DNA of 26,432 bases, from positions 1 to 26,432 of the forward strand of contig CAYOHO010000001.1 of NCBI GenBank assembly GCA_964403755.1. Direction: 5' to 3'. The notes beneath the pieces are model-generated. The model was not told the origin of the DNA. It worked only from the letters and a program-made list of their open reading frames with translations, and made no database searches. The translations under genes were made by a program, and so were the position numbers. Of the stretch, positions 7,978-16,752 are shown piece by piece (positions within the stretch are counted from its first letter, which is position 1; each line of letters starts with the position of its first letter). This DNA is from an uncultured Oscillospiraceae bacterium (GTDB lineage: Bacteria > Bacillota > Clostridia > Saccharofermentanales > UBA5734).

Positions 7978-9102
7978 ATGGATACCAGAATTGAATTCCT
8001 GTACTTGTCCGAGCCGGACACGATTGCCGCCGGCGTAAACGACCGGGCCGCCTGTGTCGATGTCTGCCAGGAAGTGTTCGCGCTTCTGGCCAAAGGCGAC
8101 TACCTGATGGGCGGACCGACACACAACAGCCATGGCATGGGGATCATCTTCCCCAGGCAGACACCCTTCCCGAACATGCCGGTCGCCGGTCCGGACCGCC
8201 GCTTCTTTGCCATGCCGGCATACCTGGGCGGCCGCTTCGACTGCTGCGGCAACAAGTGGTACGGCTCCAACGCCGCCAACAAGGAGAAGGGACTGCCGCG
8301 TTCAATCCTGACGGTCATGCTGAACGACAAGGACACCGGTGCACCCTTTTGCCTCATGTCAGCAAACCTGCTCAGTGCTGCCCGAACCGGAGCCGTCCCG
8401 GGTGTCGGAACCCGACATCTGGCACGCAAGGATGCAGCCGTCCTTTCCCTGATCGGCTGCGGACCGATCAACCAGGCCTGCATGGACCATATCCTGACGC
8501 AGGCTGCCGGCATCAGGAAGGTTATCTGCCATGCCATTCACCAGTCATCGATGGAGCGCATGGCCGCCTATGTGCGGGAAAAGTACCAGATCGAGGCCGA
8601 GGCAAATGCCGACCTCGAGTCAGCTGTCCGGGAATCCGACATCGTTTCGGTCGCGGCTTCCCGGGTGAAGCCGCTGAAGCTCGAGCATGCCTGGCTGAAG
8701 AAGGGCGCCCTGGTCCTGCTGTCAGGGCCCTCGCAGGGCGACGACGACTTCTGGCTGAAGAGCACGGTCGTCTACGACCACATCGGCCTTCACGAGGCCT
8801 ATGTCAGCGAGGCGATCGAGTCGGGCGACCGGGAAGGCTACTATCGCGGCGTCATCGGCGGGCCGATCTATGCCATGATCGATCAGGGCCGGCTGCCCGC
8901 TCTGCAGGACAGCCGCAGCAAGAGCATCGGCCAGATCATCCTTGGCGAGCAGGCAGGCCGCCAGTCGGATGATGAAACCATCATTTTCGTAGCCTGCGGC
9001 ATGGCGGTGTTCGATGTCGGCTGGGGCTACACCGTCTATCAGAACGCGCTGCGCAAGGGCATCGGCCAGAAGCTGCTGCTCTGGGACAAGCCAGCCCTCT
9101 AG
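7978..9102 (+). CDS. Ornithine cyclodeaminase / mu-crystallin family protein, similar to the subgroup annotated 'tyramine oxidase subunit B' (TynB)
   Basis: 374 aa with an AAGGAG ribosome-binding site. FLYLSEPD, DRRFFAMPAYLGG, KWYGSNAANKEKGLPRS, MSANLLSAARTGAVPGVG, Rossmann GCGPIN and C-terminal GMAVFDVGWG are all typical of this subgroup. Confidence 0.85.
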   Translation: MDTRIEFLYLSEPDTIAAGVNDRAACVDVCQEVFALLAKGDYLMGGPTHNSHGMGIIFPRQTPFPNMPVAGPDRRFFAMPAYLGGRFDCCGNKWYGSNAANKEKGLPRSILTVMLNDKDTGAPFCLMSANLLSAARTGAVPGVGTRHLARKDAAVLSLIGCGPINQACMDHILTQAAGIRKVICHAIHQSSMERMAAYVREKYQIEAEANADLESAVRESDIVSVAASRVKPLKLEHAWLKKGALVLLSGPSQGDDDFWLKSTVVYDHIGLHEAYVSEAIESGDREGYYRGVIGGPIYAMIDQGRLPALQDSRSKSIGQIILGEQAGRQSDDETIIFVACGMAVFDVGWGYTVYQNALRKGIGQKLLLWDKPAL

Positions 9103-9217
9103 CCTGAGTCCAGCCGAATCCGTCTGCATCTGTCCGGAGGCGCCTGTCGGCCGCCATGCCGGAAAAGCCATTCAACAGGCACCGCTCAAGAATCAACACT
9201 CGAGAAGGAGTAACAAG

Positions 9218-10090
9218 ATGGCTGTAAAGATCGAAGAAAAAGAGATGGACGAGAAGATCAGTTCTGACTATAGTTTTGTCAGGGACTGGAAATTCCACCT
9301 GATCATCCTGATCGCCTGCATGATTTCCGACAAGATCGGCGCGATCGTCATCCCGGTCTGGGGATCGGTTCGGGTCACGCTGCTTCCGCTGCTGTATTCG
9401 ATGGCCATTGTCACGGCCCTCTACCTGTTCAAGCCCTTCAAGTGGGTCGGCACCAAGAACAACGCTGCCGGCGCCCTGATGATGGGCCTCTCGACGATCC
9501 TGCTGATGGCCAAGCTGGGCTTCACCGTCGGCGCCAACCTGAAGGTCATCTGGGAATCCAGCATTCCGCTGCTGTTCTCAAACCTGGCTGACTCCATGAC
9601 CTGCATCCTGGCCCTGCCGCTGGCCCTGGCGCTGGGCCTGAAGCGGGAGTCGATCGGCCTGACGTTCGCCAACTCCCGCGAGGCGGGCATTGCGATCATC
9701 GAGAACCGCTATGGCGACGGCGCCGAGCTGCGTGGCGTCATCGGCATGTACATCACCGGCACCGTCTTCGGCACGATCACCGTCGGCATCCTGTCCAGCG
9801 TCTTCACGACGACCGGCCTGTTCAGCCTCGAAGCCGTCGCCATGGCAGCCGGCATCGGCTCCGCATCCATGTCCACCGCCGCCATCGGCACGATGGTCTC
9901 GATGTTCCCGGCAATCGAGCAGAAGATCTCCGCCTTTGTCATCGCCTCCAACCTGATCTCCAGCGTCCTTGCCATCTATGTCGGCCTGTTCATCAACCTG
10001 CCGATCACGGAATGGATGTACAAGCGGCTTTCGCCGCTCCTTGGCAAGAAGGCGAAGGCTTCAACAGCACCGGCTAAGGCTGAAGGATAA
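9218..10090 (+). CDS. DUF3100 family membrane protein, large subunit of a putative two-subunit secondary transporter
   Basis: Start placed at MAVKIEE (9218, GAAGGAG upstream); 290 aa, polytopic. Motifs DWKFH, LLPLLY, LGLKRESIG, SRE, RGVIGMYITGTVFG and AMAAGIGSAS. Confidence 0.72.
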   Translation: MAVKIEEKEMDEKISSDYSFVRDWKFHLIILIACMISDKIGAIVIPVWGSVRVTLLPLLYSMAIVTALYLFKPFKWVGTKNNAAGALMMGLSTILLMAKLGFTVGANLKVIWESSIPLLFSNLADSMTCILALPLALALGLKRESIGLTFANSREAGIAIIENRYGDGAELRGVIGMYITGTVFGTITVGILSSVFTTTGLFSLEAVAMAAGIGSASMSTAAIGTMVSMFPAIEQKISAFVIASNLISSVLAIYVGLFINLPITEWMYKRLSPLLGKKAKASTAPAKAEG

Positions 10091-10103
10091 GGAGTGCGGA
10101 AAA

Positions 10104-10565
10104 ATGAGTGTAAAGGCGTTTGCAAAAAATGAAATCCGGGACTGGTTCGCCGGTCTGGCCATCCTGGCCATGATGGGATGCGTCGGCAACTACGTTGGCT
10201 ACAAGGTGCCGATCCTCGACTCGCTTCCGGGCATGCTCATCCTGTTCGTGATCTCGATCGCCGGCCTGTTCGTCACCAAGCTCATTCCCGGCAAAATGCC
10301 GGCCATGCTGTATGTCTCCGTAGTCGCGATCCTTGTGTCGATGCCCTATACGCCCATCGCGGCCATCCTGACGCCCTACGTCAACAAGATCAACCTGATG
10401 GCGATCGTCACGCCGATCCTCGCCTATGCCGGCGTCATTGTCGGCCGTGACTGGGATGCCTTCCGCAAGCTCAGCTGGAAGGCAGTTGTCGTCGGCATCG
10501 TGGTCATCTTCGGCGCCTTCTTCTGGGGCGCGCTGATCGCCGAAGTGCTCATCAAGGTCACCTGA
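10104..10565 (+). CDS. Small membrane protein, probable partner subunit of the DUF3100 protein
   Basis: Start placed at MSVKAF (10104, AAGGAG upstream); 153 aa with about 5 hydrophobic segments. Motif TPILAYAG...D...F.KLSWK.VVV is typical of DUF3100-adjacent proteins. Confidence 0.72.
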   Translation: MSVKAFAKNEIRDWFAGLAILAMMGCVGNYVGYKVPILDSLPGMLILFVISIAGLFVTKLIPGKMPAMLYVSVVAILVSMPYTPIAAILTPYVNKINLMAIVTPILAYAGVIVGRDWDAFRKLSWKAVVVGIVVIFGAFFWGALIAEVLIKVT

Positions 10566-10579
10566 AGGAGGAATCCCGG

Positions 10580-11677
10580 ATGGACAACGGACTATTCCCC
10601 ATTGCCGACGTGGCCGGGACACCCCGTGAAATCGGCCTGCAGCATGGCAGCCTGTTCACAAGGCAGATCGGGAACAGCATCCGGTGCTACCGCGACATCT
10701 TCCATGACTACGCCGGTCTGGAGTGGGAGCGGGCCAAGAAGCTTTCCCGGCGCTACATCGACATCATCGGCGACTACAATCCGGACTACCTGGAGGAGAT
10801 CCGGGGTGTCGCCGAGGGCGCCCGGATGGATTTCGAAGACATCCTGGCACTCAATTCCCGCAGCGAGCTGATGTTTGCCGGCAATCTGCTGGAGCCGCTG
10901 GAAGGCGGATGCACGTCGATCGGCATCACGGCCGAGGCCAGTGCGAACGGCGATGCGATCATTTCCCATAACTGGGACTGGAAGGCGGTCCAGCGGCAGG
11001 CGATGGTCCGGATGCGGATCACGCAGAAGAACGGCCGGCCATCCATGCTGCTGGTCACCGAGGCCGGCATCATCGGCAAGACCGGCTACAACGCCGCCGG
11101 CATCGCGCTGTTCCTGAACGCCTTGTCGACGGATGCGGCCCCGGAAGGCCTGCCGCTGCACATCGCGATGCGCGGGATCCTCGACAGCGAGTCCCTCGTC
11201 CAGGCCCTGCGGGCAGCGACCCGCATGAAGCTGGGCTGCTGCGCGAACTTCCTGATCGGCGCCCGCAATGGCGAGATCGTCGACATCGAGATCGAGAACG
11301 AGGACTTCGATGTCCTCTATCCGGAGAACGGGATCATCGTGCACACCAACCATTTCATCAGCCCGCGCCTGCCGCGCAGCCCGCGGACCGACACCATGAA
11401 ATACAAGGTGCCGGACACGTTTATCCGCCTGTGCCGGGCCAGAAAGCTGCTGGCCGGACAGGCCGGCCGGGTCACGCCGGAGTTCGTGCGCGGCGTGCTG
11501 CAGGACCATGTGGAGGCGCCCAACTGCATCTGCCGCCACGACGATCCGGCCCAGCCGGAAGGCCTGCGCATGTGCTCGGTGTTCTCCATGCAGGTCAACC
11601 TGACCCGCGGCGAGGTGCTGTTCGCAAAAGGCAACCCCTGTGAAACACCCTATGAACCCGTGGCACTGAACTTCTGA
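10580..11677 (+). CDS. C45 family peptidase (autoproteolytic Ntn-hydrolase / acyltransferase, IAT/Tan-like)
   Basis: 365 aa with an AGGAGG ribosome-binding site. G-T-P-x-E-I-G-x-Q-H-G near the N-terminus, EEIRGVAEGA, LALNSRSE, cleavage-site GG/CTS, HNWDW and HTNHF. Confidence 0.9.
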   Translation: MDNGLFPIADVAGTPREIGLQHGSLFTRQIGNSIRCYRDIFHDYAGLEWERAKKLSRRYIDIIGDYNPDYLEEIRGVAEGARMDFEDILALNSRSELMFAGNLLEPLEGGCTSIGITAEASANGDAIISHNWDWKAVQRQAMVRMRITQKNGRPSMLLVTEAGIIGKTGYNAAGIALFLNALSTDAAPEGLPLHIAMRGILDSESLVQALRAATRMKLGCCANFLIGARNGEIVDIEIENEDFDVLYPENGIIVHTNHFISPRLPRSPRTDTMKYKVPDTFIRLCRARKLLAGQAGRVTPEFVRGVLQDHVEAPNCICRHDDPAQPEGLRMCSVFSMQVNLTRGEVLFAKGNPCETPYEPVALNF

Positions 11678-11691
11678 ATCACGGAACGGCG

Positions 11692-11720
11692 GCGGCCGGG
11701 GCATCTGAAGCCCCGGCCGC
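11692..11720. other. Intercistronic stem-loop (11-bp perfect stem, 7-nt loop, no U-tract)
   Basis: gcggccggggc-atctgaa-gccccggccgc, between the C45 stop and the ArgE-like start. Confidence 0.6.
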
Positions 11721-11783
11721 TGTCCTGCCAGGCCAGCCTTCCGGGCTGTGCCTGATCATGATCATCCGCAAGGGAGTCACCGT

Positions 11784-12974
11784 ATGTTTGAAGATGAAGT
11801 CCTGCAACTGACATCCCAGCTCGTCGCGATTGAAAGCACCAACAAGGGCACTTTTGAGGGGGCGGTCGGCCAGTTCATCCAGGACTGGCTCAAGGCCAGC
11901 ACCCACGCCGAAATCAGCACCCAGGAGTTCCTGCCCGGACGCTTCAACGTGCTGGCGACCTATAAGGGGAAGGTGTCGCACCCCAACCTGCTGTATGTCT
12001 GCCACATGGATACGGTCCCGATCGGTGATGGCTGGACGGTCGATCCGTTCCGGACCACCATCCGCGACGGCCGCATGTACGGCCGCGGCACCAACGACAT
12101 GAAGTCCGGCATGGCGGCAGCCATGATCGCGTTCCGCGATATCACCAACGAATTCCATGCCAAGGGCATCATTCCGAAGTACGATTTCATCTTCATCGCC
12201 TCCGGCGACGAGGAAGACGTGATGGTCGGCGCCGACCGGCTCTGCACCAGCGGCGTCGCAACCCGCGACAGCCTGGTGCTCGACATGGAGCCGTCGTTGA
12301 TGTTCAGCGGCAAGGGGATCGAAGACCGCACGGTGGCCATGTTCGGCCACAAGGGCAAGACCTGGTTCGAGATCACGACCGAGGGCAAGACCGCCCATGG
12401 CAGCCTTCCCTACCTCGGCATCGATGCCGTTGCCGCCATGGCCGAGATCATCAGCGAGATCCGCCGTGCGATCGCCCAGTATCCGGAAGATCCGGTGATG
12501 GGCCGGCCGACCGTCTGCTTCGGCCGGATCCAGGGTGGTGTCAACACCAACATGGTTCCGGAAAAGTGCTCGCTCTGGATCGACATGCGGCTGGCACCGC
12601 CGCTGAGCGTCGAATCCTCCAAGCAGCTGGTCGCTGACGCCATCGCCACCGGGATCGCTCGCGTGCCCGGCAGCAGCGGCCATTACAGCTGCTTTGCCGA
12701 GCGCCCCTTCGTGCTGATCAACGAGGACTCCGTGCTGCTGGCGGAGCTGGACAAGGCCTCGCGCCAGGTCTTCGGCAAGCCGTGCAAGGCTGCGGTCTTC
12801 ACCGGCTACACCGACAGCGGCGTCATCGCCGGCAACTGCGGCAACGGCGAATGCATGTCGTTCGGCCCTTCCGGCGACCACTGCCACCAGCCGGACGAGT
12901 ATGTCGACTGCCAGAGCGTCCTCAACTGTCTCGAGGTCTACCGGATCGTCGCCCGCAGCATCCTGGCCGACTAG
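11784..12974 (+). CDS. M20A family metallopeptidase/deacylase, ArgE/DapE-like
   Basis: Start placed at MFEDEV (11784, AAGGGAG upstream); 396 aa. Motifs CHMDTVP, YGRGTNDMKSG, GDEED, MEPS, GKTAHGS, GGVNTNMVP, YTD and CHQPDEYV. Confidence 0.9.
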   Translation: MFEDEVLQLTSQLVAIESTNKGTFEGAVGQFIQDWLKASTHAEISTQEFLPGRFNVLATYKGKVSHPNLLYVCHMDTVPIGDGWTVDPFRTTIRDGRMYGRGTNDMKSGMAAAMIAFRDITNEFHAKGIIPKYDFIFIASGDEEDVMVGADRLCTSGVATRDSLVLDMEPSLMFSGKGIEDRTVAMFGHKGKTWFEITTEGKTAHGSLPYLGIDAVAAMAEIISEIRRAIAQYPEDPVMGRPTVCFGRIQGGVNTNMVPEKCSLWIDMRLAPPLSVESSKQLVADAIATGIARVPGSSGHYSCFAERPFVLINEDSVLLAELDKASRQVFGKPCKAAVFTGYTDSGVIAGNCGNGECMSFGPSGDHCHQPDEYVDCQSVLNCLEVYRIVARSILAD

Positions 12975-13021
12975 CGGCAGGTTCTGCCGAATCCGGCCGC
13001 CGGCCTTCCTTCTAAAAGTCC

Positions 13022-13060
13022 GAAAAGGGCTGCCCCATGATTGACGGGGCAGCCCTTTTC
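13022..13060. terminator. Bidirectional intrinsic terminator between the two convergent blocks
   Basis: Perfect 15-bp inverted repeat gaaaagggctgcccc / ggggcagcccttttc with a 9-nt loop, giving a 4-U tract on each strand. Confidence 0.85.
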
Positions 13061-13106
13061 AGCATCTGATGGAAAGCAGCCGGCCGGAATCGGCGGCCTC
13101 CTGGAC

Positions 13107-14552
13107 CTAAAGCGTCCTGACGCGGATGTGCTTGATGTTGAGGTACTCGTAGAGGCCTTCCGAGCCGTGCTCGTGGCCGAAGCCGCTGGCCTTCCAGCCG
13201 CCGTAGGGGGCATTGATGACGCCGGCGTCGACATTGTTGATCGCGACGTTTCCGGCCTCGATGGCCAGCGACAGGCGGCGGGCCAGGCTGAGGCTCTCGG
13301 TGAAAACGATGGCGGCGAGCCCGTAGACGGTATCGTTGGCCAGGCCGATGACCTCGTCGATGCTGTCGAAGGGCATGACGCCGACAACCGGGCCGAATGT
13401 CTCCTCCTGCATGACCTTCATCGAATGGTCGACGTCGCGCAGGACGGTCGGCTCGAAGAAGTTGCCCTTCGCGAAGCGCTCACCCGCCGGCTTTCGGCCG
13501 CCGCAGCAGATCTTCGCGCCCTTGGCCAGCGCGTCGGCGATGTGGTCCTCGGCGGTGTGCACGCCCTTGGCGGTGCACATCGGCCCGAGGTCGACCTTTT
13601 CGGTGAGGCCGTCGCCGAAGGTAAGCTTCTGCGTCTGGGCGGCGAACTTCTCGAGGAAGGCCTCGTAGATCGGCCGGGCGACGTAGATGCGGTTGACGGC
13701 GATGCAGATCTGGCCCATGTTGCGGAAGCTGCGGCGCACGGCGCCGGCGACGGCCGCGTCGAGCTTCGCGTCTTCGCAGACGATCATCGGCAGGCTGCCG
13801 CCGAGCTCGAGCGACAGGCGCTTGAGGCTCTGGCTCGCCTTGGCCATGATCTGGCGGCCGACCGCCGTGGAGCCGGTGAAGGCGATCTTGCGCACGTCCG
13901 GATGCTCGGCCAGGCGGTCGCCGACGGTGGCGCCGGGACCCGTGATGAGGTTGAGCGCACCGGCCGGAACGCCGGCGGCCAGGACGGCGCGCACGAAGGC
14001 GATGGCGCTGAGCGGCGTCTCCGACGGAACCTTGAGCACAACGGTGCAGCCGGCAGCGAGCGCGCCGCCGACCTTCCACGCCAGCAGCTCGATCGGATAG
14101 TTCCAGGGTGAGATGCAGGCGGCGACGCCGACCGGCTGATAGACGACGTGGCTCTCGATGTCGTTGCCGTCCTCATTGGGGATGATGCGGCCGAAGACGC
14201 GCTCGCCCTCCTCGGCATAATAGGCCAGGATCTGGGCGCCCTTGCGGACTTCACCGGTGGCCTCGGCCAGGGGCTTGCCTTGCTCGCGCGTCATCAGGCC
14301 GGCGATCTCCGCCTGGTTCTCGAGCACGAGCCGGGAGGCCTCGCGCAGGATGCGGCCGCGCTGGAACGGGGTCGTCCTCGACCAGGCCGGGAAGGCCGCC
14401 TTCGCGGCCGCGACGGCGGCATCGACTTCTTCGGCGCCGCCCTTCGGGACGGTGGCGAAGACCTCATTGTCGACGGGGTTGCGGACCTCGATCACCGCGC
14501 CGGACGCGGCGTCGGTCCACTGGCCGTTGATGAGCATCTTTTCCTGGATCAT
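13107..14552 (-). CDS. NAD(P)-dependent aldehyde dehydrogenase (succinate-semialdehyde dehydrogenase-like subgroup); substrate unknown
   Basis: 481 aa with an AAGGAG ribosome-binding site. Motifs PWNYP, KVPSETP, FTGSTAVG, catalytic Glu in LELGG, catalytic Cys in GQICIA, and EETFGP. Confidence 0.92.
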   Translation of the reverse strand: MIQEKMLINGQWTDAASGAVIEVRNPVDNEVFATVPKGGAEEVDAAVAAAKAAFPAWSRTTPFQRGRILREASRLVLENQAEIAGLMTREQGKPLAEATGEVRKGAQILAYYAEEGERVFGRIIPNEDGNDIESHVVYQPVGVAACISPWNYPIELLAWKVGGALAAGCTVVLKVPSETPLSAIAFVRAVLAAGVPAGALNLITGPGATVGDRLAEHPDVRKIAFTGSTAVGRQIMAKASQSLKRLSLELGGSLPMIVCEDAKLDAAVAGAVRRSFRNMGQICIAVNRIYVARPIYEAFLEKFAAQTQKLTFGDGLTEKVDLGPMCTAKGVHTAEDHIADALAKGAKICCGGRKPAGERFAKGNFFEPTVLRDVDHSMKVMQEETFGPVVGVMPFDSIDEVIGLANDTVYGLAAIVFTESLSLARRLSLAIEAGNVAINNVDAGVINAPYGGWKASGFGHEHGSEGLYEYLNIKHIRVRTL

Positions 14553-14625
14553 GGTGGCTTTCTCCTTAGCATGGGCCGGTCGGTGTCAGCGGGCGCCGGC
14601 CGGGCGGTTTTACGGGCGATCGGTT

Positions 14626-15786
14626 CTAGCGGATCTCCGGCAGGAACGAGGTCCCGACCGGGAAGGCGAGCCCGAAGTAGTCGGCGATGGTGGCGGCAAT
14701 GTCGGCGAACGTCGCGCGGGTGCCGAGGTTGACGCCGTGCTTCAGCCTGGGGCCCCAGACGAGCAGCGGTGTGTGCTCGCGGGTGTGGTCGGTTCCCGGC
14801 GTGGTCGGGTCGCAGCCGTGGTCGGCCGTGATCACGAGGATGTCGTCGTCGTGCAGCAGGCCCAGGATCGCGGGCACGTGGGCATCGAAGGCCTCGAGGG
14901 CGCGGGCGTAGCCGACCGGGTTGTTGCGGTGGCCGTACAGCATGTCGAAGTCGACCAGGTTGACGAAGAGCAGGCCGTCGAAGTCCGTGGCGAGGAAGCG
15001 TTCCGTTGCCGCCGTGCCCTCGGCGTTGTTCTTCGTATGGTCGATGCGGGTGATGCCGACGCGGTTGAAGATGTCCTCGATCTTGCCGACGGCGATGACG
15101 TCCTTGCCGGCTGCCTTGAGCGCGTCGAGCACGGTCGGCCCGGGCGGGTCGATCGAAAAGTCGCGCCGGTTCTCGGTGCGGACGTAGGCGCCGGACGTGC
15201 CGGTGAACGGGCGGCAGATGATGCGGCTGACGGTGTCGTCGCCCATCATCAGGGCCCGGGCAATGCGGCAGATCTCGTACTGGCGCTCGAGCGGGATGAC
15301 GCTCTCGTGCATGGCGATCTGCATCAGGCTGTCGGCCGAAAGGTAAACGATCGGGTAGCCGGTGCGCACATGCTCGTCGCCGAGCACCTGGATGATCTCG
15401 GTGCCCGATGCCGGGTAGTTACCGATCACCTTCGTGCCGATGCGGCGCTCCAGCTCGCTGATGATGCGCGGCGGGAACGAGTCGCCGAACACGGGGTACG
15501 GCTTCTCCATGACCAGGCCGGCAATCTCGAAGTGGCCGGTCGTCGTGTCCTTGGCGCAGGAGCGCTCGATGCATTTCCCGTAGGCGCCGGTGGGGGCGTC
15601 CACGCCCTCGAGGCCGACGCCGTCGATGTTGTAGAGGCCGAGCGACATCATGTTGGGGATCCGGAGGTCGCCAACGTGCTCCTTGATGTGCTTCAGGGTG
15701 TGGGTGCCGGTGTCTCCGAAGTCGGCGGCATCCGGCAGCTCGCCGACGCCGAAGCTGTCGAGGACGATGATGGTAAAGCGTCCCAT
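14626..15786 (-). CDS. deoB: Phosphopentomutase
   Basis: 386 aa. Motifs [66 protein letters not shown] and DHTRE. Confidence 0.95.
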   Translation of the reverse strand: MGRFTIIVLDSFGVGELPDAADFGDTGTHTLKHIKEHVGDLRIPNMMSLGLYNIDGVGLEGVDAPTGAYGKCIERSCAKDTTTGHFEIAGLVMEKPYPVFGDSFPPRIISELERRIGTKVIGNYPASGTEIIQVLGDEHVRTGYPIVYLSADSLMQIAMHESVIPLERQYEICRIARALMMGDDTVSRIICRPFTGTSGAYVRTENRRDFSIDPPGPTVLDALKAAGKDVIAVGKIEDIFNRVGITRIDHTKNNAEGTAATERFLATDFDGLLFVNLVDFDMLYGHRNNPVGYARALEAFDAHVPAILGLLHDDDILVITADHGCDPTTPGTDHTREHTPLLVWGPRLKHGVNLGTRATFADIAATIADYFGLAFPVGTSFLPEIR

Positions 15787-15789
15787 GGC

Positions 15790-16752
15790 TCAGCCAGCCT
15801 CCTTTTCGCGGCTCTTCCTCTTCCCGCCCCGGCTGCTGAGCTTGCCCTGCTTGCGCAGCTTCTCGGAGTAGGAGCTGATGGCCAGGGCGACCAGCGCCAG
15901 GATGAAGGGGAACATGCGGATGATCGAGGACGGCATGCCGGTGCTTGCCAGCTCGATGCGGATGCCGATCGCGTCGGCCAGGCCGAAGAGCAGGGTGACC
16001 AGCCAGACGGCGATGGGGTGGGCGGCGCCGAAGACGACGGCCGTGAAGGCGGTGAAGCCTCGGCCCTGGACCATGTTCTCGGAGAACTGGGAGACCATTT
16101 CCGTCGAGAGATACATGCCGGCCAGGCCGCTGAAGGCGCCGGAAAGCAGGACGACCTGCCAGCGGATGCGGTCGGGACGGATGCCGGCCGTGCGCGCGGC
16201 GTCCTCCGACTCGCCGACGGCGCAGATCTTGAGGCCGGCTTCGGTGCGGAAGAGCACGATAAAGGTGATTACGACCAGCAGGATGGCGAAGTAGTCGACG
16301 ATGCTGTGCTTGCTGATGACGCCGCCGATGAAGGGGATCTGGCCGATGAGCGGCAGGTCGATCGGCTCGAGCTTGTGGATGACGGCCGGCTTGAGACGGC
16401 CCTGGACGCTGAAAACCGCCCGCAGGAGGTAGGCCGTGATGCCGAGGCTGAACATGTTGATGGCGATGCCGGCGATGATGGCATTGGCCTTGAAGCGGAT
16501 CACGGAGAGGCCAAACACGGCGCTGAGCAGCAGGCCGGCCAGCATGGCGCCGAGCATGCCCATCCAGACGCTGCCGCCGAACCAGGAGACAAAGGCGATG
16601 CTGGAGAAGGCACCGAAGAGCATGAAGCCCTCGAGGGCAATGTTGAAGACGGCTGCGCGCTGGCAGAGCAGGCCGCCGATCGCCGCCAGGATCAGCGGCG
16701 TCGAGATGCGGATCATCGAGGCAAAGGTGTCGGCGTTGAAGAACTCGTTCAT
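15790..16752 (-). CDS. Nucleoside ABC transporter permease 2 (NupC-like)
   Basis: 320 aa. TPLILAAIGG...FNIALEG, LKICAVGESEDAARTAGI and GRGFTA. ATGA overlap with the upstream permease. Confidence 0.9.
   Translation of the reverse strand: MNEFFNADTFASMIRISTPLILAAIGGLLCQRAAVFNIALEGFMLFGAFSSIAFVSWFGGSVWMGMLGAMLAGLLLSAVFGLSVIRFKANAIIAGIAINMFSLGITAYLLRAVFSVQGRLKPAVIHKLEPIDLPLIGQIPFIGGVISKHSIVDYFAILLVVITFIVLFRTEAGLKICAVGESEDAARTAGIRPDRIRWQVVLLSGAFSGLAGMYLSTEMVSQFSENMVQGRGFTAFTAVVFGAAHPIAVWLVTLLFGLADAIGIRIELASTGMPSSIIRMFPFILALVALAISSYSEKLRKQGKLSSRGGKRKSREKEAG

Noticed and set aside
2354-12994. The 9-mer gccgaatcc in three intergenic regions (2354, 9112, 12986)
   Set aside because: It is short and GC-rich, sits in inconsistent positions relative to genes, and one copy is part of a ribosome-binding region. 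Chance is sufficient.
13107-14552. Assigning the ALDH as gabD
   Set aside because: The motifs support only the broad subgroup (ELGGSLP is atypical), and there is no GABA-pathway gene nearby.
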